Of a stretch of DNA of 30,825 nucleotides, positions 1-11,332 are shown one piece after another. Position 1 is the stretch's first letter; the number at the start of each line of letters is the position of its first letter. This stretch comes from Octopus sinensis. Taxonomy: Eukaryota. The stretch covers positions 1-30,825 of the forward strand of contig NW_021832901.1 of the NCBI RefSeq assembly GCF_006345805.1, in the 5' to 3' direction. The position numbers were made by a program, and so were the translations under genes. The notes beneath the pieces are model-generated. The model ran no database searches, was not told the DNA's origin, and worked only from the letters and a program-made list of their open reading frames with translations.

Positions 1-1787
1 TTAATAAAATGAGAAAATGATAAAATATATAAATGTATATTTATTCAACCGGTTTTCGTCATTGTATGACTTGTCAGAATATTTATGTTTTAAGAAGTTT
101 TTTAAAAATTAGAAAGGGGAAAAAAAGAAAATTGCATTGTTTTTGTAAAAGAATAATGATAAAATGTACAAAATTAAAAAATAAGTTCTCCGATACATGT
201 GAGTTCGTTGTGTATCTTGCGTTTTAATGGTTGTTTACGAAAAAATTACCTTGAGGTGTTAAGATCCAAGAGATTAAGAGCATGTGTTGTGTGTGTTGTT
301 AAATTCGCATGTTTGCAGGACAGGAAGTAGTAGTAATTGTGGTCCTGGTTCTTCAGTTCCTGTGTTGTGAGTAAGGGGAGACAACTCTTTTGAGTTCTTC
401 AATAAAACCCAAATTATAAAACTATCATTTTAGCTTCATTTGCATTATCTTTTTTATATAATTGCTTGTTAACTTAACTTTCAGATTTTAACACTTTATT
501 TACATTATTTTCTAATAATATAAATCTGCATAGACAATTGCATTTCAAATTGTCATATCATTTATAATAAAAATGATAGTAATAACAACAATAGTAAAAA
601 TGATATTTAAAGAATATAGTTTTAGCTTGAAGTGATGAATGCATGGTATCTTTATATTTGTGTTAGTCCATCCATGAGAGTGAGGTAGAGAAAGGAAGTT
701 TGATCAACGAGGAGTTTGCATATTAAGTTGTGTTTGGAATTTTTAATAAAGAGATTCTCCTTGTTATTCTCTCCTGTGTGGTGATCCCGTCTTTACATTG
801 GTAGAAGGGGAATATATAGAATTTGGGGTTTAGAGTCTTTAGCACATGAGTCTAAGTGGTCACTCAGTGGAATTTGTCGGTATTCCGGGAGATTTATTTG
901 TTCTTTATGCACCGTTACTCGTTTACGTAAACGAGTAACGGTGCATAAAGAACAAATAAATCTCCCGAATACCGACAAATTCCACTGAGTGGCCACTTAG
1001 ACTCATGTGCTAAAGACTTAAACCCCAAATTCTATATATTCCCCTTCTACCAATGTAAAGACGGGATCACCACACAGGAGAGAATTAACAACTTCCTTTC
1101 TCTACCTCACTTTTCATGGATGGACTAACACAAATATATAAAGATACCATGCATTCATCACTTCAAGCTAAAACTTATATCTTTAAATATCATTTTTACT
1201 ATTGTTGTTATTACTATCATTTTATTATAATGATATGACAATTTGAAATGTAATTGTCTATGCAGATTTATATTATTAGAAAATAATGTAAATAAAGTGT
1301 TTAAATCTGAAAGTTAGTTAACAAGCAATTATATAAAAAGATAATGCAAATGAAGCTAAAATGATAGTTTTAATTTGGGTTTTATTGAAGAACTCAAAAG
1401 AGTTGTCTCCCCTTACTCACACACAGGAACTGAAGAACCAGGACCACAATTACTACTACTTCCTGTCCTGCAAACATGCTGAATTTAACAACAACACACA
1501 CATGCTCTTAATCTCTTTGGATCTTAACACCTCAAGGTAATTTTTTCGTAAACAACCATAAAACGCAAGATACACAACGACTCACAATGTATCGGAGAAC
1601 TTATTTTTTAATTTTGTACATTTTTATCATTATTCTTTTACAAAAAACAATGCCAATTTTCTTTTTTCCCCTTTCTAATTTTTAAAAAACCTTCTTAAAA
1701 CATAAATATTCTTGACAAGTCATACAATGACGAAAACCGGTTGAATAAATATACATTTTATATTTTATCATTTTCTCATTTTATTAA
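1..1787. repeat. Large spacer-less inverted repeat (palindrome) centred at 926/927; left arm runs off the window start
   Basis: Centre reads ...CACCGTTACTCGTTTAC|GTAAACGAGTAACGGTG... with no loop. Bases 1-10 (TTAATAAAAT) pair with 1778-1787. Arms differ mostly by 1-nt indels plus a ~60 nt block (about 701-761) missing from the right arm. Confidence 0.95.
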
Positions 1788-1836
1788 AATTTTCTTTCAT
1801 TTGAGCTTGTGCAATTTAAAAAAAAATTTTTCCTTA

Positions 1837-2135
<299 letters not shown>

Positions 2136-2393
2136 AAACTGTAACGTAGCTCAGATCCTGAAAGGAAGTTACAAGAATAACAATTAAACATCAACAACAA
2201 CGTCGAAAATAACGATATGTCTTACATTGCTGCAGGAAATTACAGATTTAACCGGAAAAAAAGACAATAAGAATTATGTTTAAAAATTAAATCAACTTTT
2301 TAAACAGTCAATGACTTCAACGTAATTGTTGTTATAACAGAAAATAGAATTATGAAAAAAAATAGAGAGAAAATGCAGCAGAAAATATGTCAC

Positions 2394-3135
2394 CACGTGA
2401 CGGAAAGTAAAGTGAAAATACAGAGGAATATTTTTTTAAATGGATTCACATTCAAATATGTTGTAAAATGATGCAGAGATAGAAAGAAAAAAAGACTTAC
2501 AATGACGTCACGTTTCCAAAGAGGAAGTGAAGAGTTATGGCAGTGAAAATGCATTAAAATCGAACCGGAAGTAAAATAGTAAAATATCACTTTCCTCCTG
2601 CATCAGTGTAAAATGGAGATCATTCATATATAGAATATATAATCACACACCACACACAACACACACGTGTGTGTGCTCTGTATGTATACACATATACATA
2701 TATACATTATAGCTTATATAATAGATTATAATTATATATATATATATATATATCTAATATATATATATATATTATATATATATATATATACATACATACA
2801 TACTACTACATACATATATATATATAATATACATATATATAATATATATATATATATATATTGACTATATATAAATATAATATATATATATATATATGAA
2901 TATTTATACATATATATATTACATAAAATATATAATATATACATATATGAATATCAATATATATATACATATATATGTATATTTACGTATATTTACACAT
3001 ACACTTGCGTAATATATATACATGTATATGTGTGTCGCCTCCATTTTTTTTGACCGGAAGTGAAAGAACGAGAATAGTAACTTCTTATGACAAGGCGTAA
3101 ATGCAAAAAGTGAAGCATTCATTCGAACCGGAAGT
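2394..3135. promoter_or_regulatory. Possible cis-regulatory cluster: 3x ETS motif ACCGGAAGT, CRE, E-box
   Basis: ACCGGAAGT at 2564-2572, 3053-3061 and 3127-3135; TGACGTCA at 2503-2510; CACGTG at 2394-2399. Motif matches only, no functional evidence. Confidence 0.3.
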
Positions 3136-3429
3136 GAGAGTGGGAGAAATAGGTAGAGAAAAAATATTACTATCCAGAAAGAAGTAAAAGCGATAAGCGG
3201 AAATAAAAAAGAAACAGAATGAAAAGTTCGTCACATTCCGATGCAGACGACCCAAAATAGAAAGAGTTGGAGAAGGAAACATGAAACGTGCAAATGTATT
3301 TATGTTATGTCAAACATTGTTTTTCGGTTCTTGCTTTCATTTTGTTTTTTGCTTTCCTAAGTATATCACGGCACACTTTATTTATCTCTTCGTTTGTAAA
3401 CGAATTAACGAAATGGTAAATACAAATGC

Positions 3430-3467
<38 letters not shown>

Positions 3468-3817
3468 ATGTATATGTGTGTGTGTGTGTGTGTGGTGGTG
3501 TGTGTGGTGTGTGTATGTATGTACGTATGAGTAAATATTCGTGGTTGCAATCGTTGACTGAAATACTGGAAAACAAATAAAACAAATGTGTGTATGTATG
3601 TGTGTGTTTGTGTGTGTGTGTGAGTGTTTGTGTGCGCGTGTGCTCATACGTGTATGTGTGAGTGTGTGCGTGCGTGTGTTGTGTGTTGTGTGTGTGTGTT
3701 TAAGTATGTGAATTGTTGTCTGATATCGTCTGAGAGACATTAGAACATGCGTGTGTTTGCTTGTTTGCATGCGTTCGTATATGAGTTTGTGTATGTGTGA
3801 AAAAGAGAGAATAGAGT

Positions 3818-3850
<33 letters not shown>

Positions 3851-3868
3851 GAAGAGTGAGGGAAAAGC

Positions 3869-3900
<32 letters not shown>

Positions 3901-3916
3901 GAAGAGTGAGGGAAAA

Positions 3917-3959
<43 letters not shown>

Positions 3960-4443
3960 AAAGAGCTCCATTAATTCATGCATGATGTATTGTTGACAAA
4001 CCAATCGGCGAGTATTGCGATGAGGTTAATACCCTCCACGCTGCAAATGATTTGAGACCTTTTAGGGAAATGATGGCTGATTCAAAGCATGCAAATAGTA
4101 GCGTATTTGTTTGCAACATAATGCACTGCATCTAAGCTTTATATAATAATATATATATGATACATATACATATATATATATATTGCCCACGCTTCCTGAT
4201 GAATTCCTTTGCTGTAGAGTAAGGGACTTCATCCTATATTGCTTAGTAGTAAACTCGATGCTTGCTACAGGAGGACTGGTAACCATTACAATTTGTAGCG
4301 GCGAAAGGTCTGGACGTTGTTTTCTGAGGCTGACCAAAGAATTTTTATTTTTAGATATAAGTGATGTACTCAAGTGTAGTTATGTTTTTAGCTTGTGCTT
4401 TTTCCATGATCATACGTGAGTATTTATTTATATCCCATCGAAA

Positions 4444-4511
4444 GTTATCTACTGAAGAAGGATATCTTTTTTTATAAGATTAAGTCGAAATTGATTCAAT
4501 ATAGAGATAAC
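4444..4511 (+). ncRNA. Type I hammerhead ribozyme-like motif, copy 1
   Basis: Stem I 5' GTTATCTA (4444-4451); core CTGAAGA (4452-4458); stem II region; GAAA (4487-4490); stem III ATTG-att-CAAT; H17=A4501; stem I 3' TAGA[GA]TAAC (4502-4511), 8 bp with a 2-nt bulge. The stem II base is weak in this copy (GG/TC). Confidence 0.55.
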
Positions 4512-4636
4512 GAAATTTAAAAATTTTCTAAAGGTTAGTTGCCCGTTTTCAGTTTCAATTTTCCTGTAACAAGCGGATTATAAGTGGATAAAACAGTGTA
4601 TTTGGCTTTAGAATAACCCTCTTAGCCATTATTATA

Positions 4637-4704
<68 letters not shown>

Positions 4705-5134
4705 GTGTGGGTGTGTGTGTGTGTGGTGTGTGTGTGTTTATGTATGTACGTATGAGTAAATATTCGTGGTTGCAATCGTTGACTGAATACTGGAAAAAAA
4801 TAAAACAAATGTGTGTATGTATGTGTGTGTTTGTGTGTGTGTGTGAGAGTGTTTTGTGCGCGTGTGCTCATACGTGTATGTGTGAGTGTGTGCGTGCGTT
4901 GTTGTGGTTGTGTGTGTGTGTTTAAGTATGTGAATTGTTGTCTGATATCGTCTGAGAGACATTAGAACATGCGTGTGTTTGCTTGTTTGCATGCGTTCGT
5001 ATATGAGTTTGTGTATGTGTGAAAAGAGAGAATAGAGTGAGAAGATAGAGAGAGAGAGAGAGAGAGAGAGGAAGAGTGAGGGAAAAGCAGAGAGAGAGAT
5101 AGAGAGAGAGAGAGAGAGGAAGAGTGAGGGAAAA

Positions 5135-5172
<38 letters not shown>

Positions 5173-5654
5173 AAAAAGAGCTCCATTAATTCATGCATGA
5201 TGTATTGTTGACAAACCAATCGCGAGTATTGCGATGAGGTTAATACCCTCCACGCTGCAAATGCTTTTGAGACCTTTTAGGGAAATGATGGCTGATTCAA
5301 GCATGCAATAGTAGCGTATTTGTTTGCAACATAATGCACTGCATCTAAGCTTTATATAATAATATATATATATGAACATATACATATAGATATATATTGC
5401 CCACGCTTCCTGATGAATTCCTTTGCTGTAGAGTAAGGGACTTCATCCTATATTGCTTAGTAGTAAACTCGATGCTTGCTACAGGAGGACTGGTACCATT
5501 ACAATTTGTAGCGGGCGAAAGTCTGGACGTTGTTTTCTGAGGCTGACCAAAGAATTTTTATTTTTAGATATAGTGATGTACTCAAGTGAGTTATGTTTTT
5601 AGCTTGTGCTTTTTCCATGATCATACGTGAGTATTTATTTATATCCCATCGAAA

Positions 5655-5722
5655 GTTCTACTGAAGAAGGATATATCTTTTTTTATAGATTAAGTCCGAA
5701 ATTGATTCAATATAGAGATAAC
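5655..5722 (+). ncRNA. Type I hammerhead ribozyme-like motif, copy 2
   Basis: CTGAAGA (5661-5667), A, stem II base GGA/TCC (5669-5671 with 5695-5697), GAAA (5698-5701), stem III ATTG-att-CAAT, H17=A5712, stem I TTCTA/TAGAG (5 bp including one G-U). Confidence 0.6.
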
Positions 5723-5846
5723 GAAATTTAAATTTTCTAAAGGTTAGTTGCCCGTTTTCAGTTTCAATTTCCTGTAACAAGCGGATTATAAGTGGATAAA
5801 ACAGTGTATTTGGCTTTAGAATAACCCTCTTTAGCCATTAATTATA

Positions 5847-5890
<44 letters not shown>

Positions 5891-6009
5891 ATATATGTCT
5901 ATACTCCCACACACACGTGTGTGTATGTGTGTGTATGAGCGTGTGTGTGTGTGCTGCGCGCGCGCGTGTACATACATCCATTCATTAATACATACGTATA
6001 TGAGCTACC

Positions 6010-6152
6010 GTTTCATTCTTTGGACTGTGGATCGTCCATGAAGAGTTTCGTCGAACGAATCAAGCCCAGGATTTATATTTTTTTTTACGCTTTATACTTG
6101 TTCTGTCAGTCACTTTTGTCAAACGGCTAAGTTACGGGGACACAAACAAACC
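6010..6152 (-). mobile_element. SINE fragment (same family as 25813 and 29770)
   Basis: Shares CCCAGGA.TTAT and GCTAAGTTACGGG blocks with the 29770-29962 copy. Confidence 0.65.
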
Positions 6153-6168
6153 AATATATAATATATAC

Positions 6169-6338
6169 GATGGGCTTCTTTCAGTTTCCGTCTACCAAAT
6201 TCACTCACAAGTCTTCAATCAGCTTGGGACTCTAGTAGATGATACTTGCCTAAGGTGCCTCGCTGCGAGATGTGAGACTGAACCTGGAACCATGTGGTTG
6301 GCAAGTAAACCACGCACCACATACCCACCCATGCGCCT
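6169..6338 (-). mobile_element. tRNA-derived SINE (same family as 30426)
   Basis: Plus strand GGGCTTCTTTCAGTTTCC...CTTGCCTAAGGTGCC...GACTGAACCTGGAACCATGTGGTTG matches 30426-30582. The reverse strand has a B-box-like GGTTCAGTC. Confidence 0.75.
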
Positions 6339-6834
6339 ATATATTTGTGTGTGTGTCTTTTTGTCTGTCTGTATGAAACATCTAGATATCATTTACACAA
6401 ACTAACTTACATATATGTTCATACCATTGTTCAGTCTAACCTTGTCACATGGTGTCGCATTAGTTCTGCATGAGAATTATATATTTAATATACATGTGGC
6501 TTCAGAGCACTTAGCCGTCCATACTTTAGTTCCACGGTTAAATGTGGTTTCAGAGTACATGTTAGTTCCACGTTAGTTCCATGGTTACGAACTAAGTTGG
6601 CAGAACAGCTTCAATGGTCTTTGGTGAAACTGACACAGAATCCACCGATATCTATGCATGCGTGTGTCTGTGTCTGTGTCTGCGTATAGTATACTAAAAG
6701 TAGATATATCGTTTAAAGCCTGTTAAACTGAGGTATTAGTCTCGAAAAGTATCTCTTATAGATGCATAGCGTCAAGAAACATAGCAATATATCAGCAGCA
6801 GACGAAAGTGCGTTCACCTGTGCCCCATGTCTTG

Positions 6835-7197
6835 CTAAATACGTATTTCTACTTCATTTATCCTCGTCAAGAGCAGGTGTCCATCCACCACCAGCTGCAT
6901 GCTAAGAGAAAATCACCAACTACTGATATAGTAAAACATTGATTAAAAAATCGCTGACGTCACAATTAGTTGGCAGGCTGGGTAAACATTCTCTATTAGC
7001 AATGAAGTTGTTTTAAATAGCAATCTGCATAACATACTTCAAGTAGATATATCGCTGAAAGCCTGCTGAGCTGATTCTCCACAGTTTGTACAGTCTACGT
7101 AGCTGTAAAAAACATACACGACTCGGGATCCTGGATAAGAATGCTGGAACAAGAACGTTAACCAACTCAGTGCCATTCTGAAGGTACAGACACGCTC
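6835..7197 (-). CDS. Candidate terminal exon region of the mGluR gene (three alternative phase-2 acceptors, none proven)
   Basis: Acceptors giving exon starts at 7197 (R-SVSVPSEWH*), 7102 (S-YVDCTNCGESAQQAFSDIST*, after ATGTTTTTTACAG) and 6901 (S-MQLVVDGHLLLTRINEVEIRI*, after TTTTCTCTTAG). This is the first non-repetitive stretch with good acceptors downstream of the 7TM exon. Confidence 0.25.
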
Positions 7198-7317
7198 CTG
7201 TGGCATTCATGCATTGCCAAAGCAGATTAGCAACGTAAATTTTCATGGATATGTATGTATGCATATATGTATGTATGTATGTATGTATGTATTATGTATG
7301 TATGCATATGTATGTAT

Positions 7318-7395
<78 letters not shown>

Positions 7396-7831
7396 TGTTC
7401 TTTTTACTAAATTCTGATGGAACTGGAAAAAAAAACGAAAAGAAGGTGAGCAAGACATTCACGGAAAGAATAGGTTCAGCGATTCTTGGAATCAGCAACC
7501 GAAACAACGATAATCATATCAAGTATGTGTGTGTGGGTATATGTATATATATGTATGTATGTATATGCATGTATACGCTGAGTTCTTTGGGGATGTTTTC
7601 TATAGTAATATTAAAACAATATTTTAGATGGATGTCATAACGGATGCAGCAAAAATACAAGGCAAAGAAATGCATCATTTCATTCGATTTTTGTGGCTTG
7701 TTTTGTAAAGAGAAAGAAAAAAACATTCGAAGGCGAATGAAAAAAGAAAATGAAAGAAAAGATCAAAGAAGCTGCTTCGATTTATAGCTTTTCTATTGAT
7801 TGGCATCGAGCAAATCAAAGAAGGAGAAATA

Positions 7832-7902
<71 letters not shown>

Positions 7903-8110
7903 ATGTATGTATAATGTGTCTGTGTGCGTGTGCGTGTGCGTGTGTATGCGTGGTTGTATGTATGGTATTAGTGTGTGGTGTGGTGTTGTGTATACGTTCA
8001 ATCGTTCCCGAATGAAACACTCACCCAAACGGATCCTTTCGTCCGGTGAAATCCCTAGAAAAATTTGAAGATGTGGAAGAAGAATAAGAATAAATTCAAT
8101 AAAAAAGAAT

Positions 8111-8169
<59 letters not shown>

Positions 8170-8200
8170 ATATATATATATATATATTAATATATATATG

Positions 8201-8234
<34 letters not shown>

Positions 8235-8649
8235 CATGTATTATATATACATATATATACATATATATACATGTATATATATACATATATATACATATAT
8301 ATACATATATATATATACATGTATATATATACTATATATACATATATATAAATGTATATATATATACATATATATACATATATATGTAAAATATATATAG
8401 ATACATATACATATATATATACATATATACATACATATAACATATATATACATATATATATATATATATATCTATATATATATATATGCATATTATATAT
8501 TTTATATGTATATATTATATATATGCTATATATATATATATATATATGTGTGTGATATATATATATGCATATATGCATATATAATCGGTCAGTTGTTTTT
8601 AAGTCCGAAAAGCACTCTCTAAAATAAACTTTTTTGAGCATTAATATTT

Positions 8650-9480
8650 TATGTAGACGTTGATTATGGCAGGTCAGAAAATTATTGATTCCATGTATGT
8701 TATGCTGTTAGCCACATGGGTGACCAACTAGACTTGCTGGCCGCAGGCACATTACCCCTTTTCCAATGGAGGTAATACGGTCTTGGTGAGCAAAGTTGTG
8801 AAGAAAATCCCTGAAACAAAATTCTTCTAACTGAATATCCTTTTTAGGTGAGAGGGTACTGTTTCCCTTAGAACGGTTCCAATTGTGTCCTAAAAAGGTC
8901 AGTTTATGTACGATTACCAGTTAGTTGTCAGCAAGCGTGAAAATCCATGTCTTCAACACGAATTTTCTTTCATGAAGGCACCAACTAAATACTTCACTTT
9001 TGGAATTTAAGAAGGTCCTTGGATCGAGCGAATTTTTTCGGATCTTTGCCCTCTTGGCCAAGCAAAGTCTGCATCATCTGCTTTCGTTGTGTCTATTAAA
9101 TAATCGTCCTAGATGATTATTTAATAGATACGAATTTGGGTTTATTCAGCTTTCATGTAGGGTTAACAGTGAATGCCCAGTAAGCGGTGATGCATCTGTG
9201 TCAATGAATGATATTGAATGTATTGATTGTGATGGGAGGGGGGATTATTTGAATGGATTTCATCAAGTGGTAATACTTGTGACAGTGACCCTCACAGATC
9301 TTCTGATATTGGGGAGATTAATGTGTAACTTGAATAGATGTAAGAATAAACGGGGTTGGGAAATGAATTCCAGTGGGACAGTATCTTTGAGAGAAAAGAC
9401 AGGTTCACTGGACTGGAATGATTAGAGAAAATGGGTGACGGGAAGATGAATAACAGCTGGGATTTGGTCTTGCTCACTGA
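8650..9480 (-). mobile_element. Decayed LTR/DIRS-type reverse transcriptase remnant
   Basis: Across frameshifts and stops the minus strand gives QYHSLTQ..SP, then *DDYLI (YxDD-like, near 9105) and LTFLGH (near 8890), in the order expected for the RT palm and thumb. Confidence 0.4.
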
Positions 9481-9601
9481 TTAAGGAATTCATCCACAGG
9501 GCGTTAAGGAGTCGTACATACTGTTATTATTAGTGAAGGTCGTGGCGGGATTGAGGGTTTCTAATTTAGGCAGAAAACCGGCAGTTTTGAGGGGCGGGGA
9601 T

Positions 9602-9712
9602 GGTTTAGTCGGTTACATCACATTGAGTCGCGGTACATGACTGGTACTTCATCTGATCGACCTAATAAGGATGAAAGGCAAAGTCAACTTTGGCGGCATT
9701 TGAACTCAAAAA
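9602..9712 (-). mobile_element. tRNA-derived SINE fragment
   Basis: GGATGAAAGGCAAAGTCAAC.TTGGCGGCATTTGAACTC is the reverse complement of the B-box/body of the copy at 15275. Confidence 0.75.
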
Positions 9713-9713
9713 T

Positions 9714-9757
<44 letters not shown>

Positions 9758-10078
9758 ATATTATATTATATATATATATATATATATACATATATGTGTA
9801 ATGTAATATTGTATATATTATATATATATATAATTATATATATATAATAATATGCATATACATCAATATATATGTTTATATATATACATACATATGTGTA
9901 TATCTGTATATACATACATATACATTGCATACGGATATATATATATATATATAGTCTATATATATATATATACACGTGTATATTTGTATATATATATATA
10001 TAAATATATATATATGTATATATACATACATAGTTACGAACACCACACGCACAACCACACACATGACATACGTACACT

Positions 10079-10182
<104 letters not shown>

Positions 10183-10263
10183 CATATACATATGGACATA
10201 GACGCAAACATAAACGCAGCCATGTACCCGCACACATAAATGTATATGCTATACGATACCAAC

Positions 10264-11161
10264 CTGTAGCCATCGAGGCTGTCACTCGAACTAAAGGATC
10301 TACCCGTGTTTCCAATATGACATCTGACATCTTTAGACGTTGTGAACGCACTGCGCGTGTTTTTCTCCGGGCAGTAGATGATGATGTAGACTTTGGGGAA
10401 GAAGAGCAGCACAAGGGCGACAATTGCTGAAAGACTGACGGACACACACATGGTGAATACTTTGCTCTCACTCTCGAAATAAATGGGCAAGAAACCAAGC
10501 CAGATCACACAAGTCGTATACATTGTAAATCCAATGAATTTGGCTTCGTTGAAGTTTTCCGGCAAGTTACGAGTCTTTACGGCGTATAACGTACACATCA
10601 TTATTAAAAACAGATCGAATCCTAGAGGTACTATTGTGCCAGCGGGACTGGTATTACAGAGAAGGATGACGCGTTTTTCGGTTGGATAGTAAAATGTAGA
10701 GTCAGCCGGTTCAATAACCAGCATTACTGTTATAATAGTTGATTCGATTCCAATTAACAGACATGTGATAACAACCTGAGCCGAAGCACTCATGAAACGG
10801 GGTTTCTTGGTCATTATTTTTTTGCTGCCTTCTAAAATGCGGGCAATTCGGTTGGTTTTCGTGACTAGGGCTCCGTAAATACAGGCGAAAGATAGGCCGG
10901 GTATGATGCGTGTGAAATAACAGCTGACGATTGTCGGTTTGGCAACTAGCACAAAGTTTGAGGTCAGTGCAAAGATAATCCCACCCAGTATAATATAACT
11001 GAGTTCTCGGGTGGATGCCTTCACTACTGGGGTGTCGTTGTAACGGATGAATACTACACCGACGAAACAGGTCGTTAAGATTCCGATGCAGGCCATAGCA
11101 ATGGCGATGATAGCCTCCGTGAAGTGCCAGCTCATGTGTTCGATTCTTATCATGCGGCAGG
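10264..11161 (-). CDS. GRM1/GRM5-like: Group I metabotropic glutamate receptor, 7TM exon (898 nt, phase 1 to phase 2)
   Basis: Acceptor TCTCTTTGCAG|CC; donor TACAG|GTTGGT. Encodes class C motifs [12 protein letters not shown]...[26 protein letters not shown] and the group I signature RSAFTTSxxVRxHxG. Confidence 0.97.
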
Positions 11162-11332
11162 CTGCAAAGAGACAAGCAGAGAGATATAGGACTAAAATGG
11201 CTATGTGTGTGTGTGCGTGTGTGTGTATGTATGTATATAAAGGGAAAGTTTACGAAAATAAACAAAAGACGAAGACAGGTGGTGTACAAAACAAACAGAT
11301 GTATTAGTATGGCGCTCAGGAATAGAAAAAGT

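Larger units (their letters stand above)
3430..5890. repeat. Direct tandem duplication, unit ~1.21 kb (about 3430-4640 and 4640-5850), bounded by (TA)n arrays
   Basis: Same landmarks in both copies, e.g. GTACGTATGAGTAAATATTCGTGG near 3520 and 4746, and GGCTTTAGAATAACCCTC near 4605 and 5812. Copies differ mostly by single-base indels. Confidence 0.95.
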
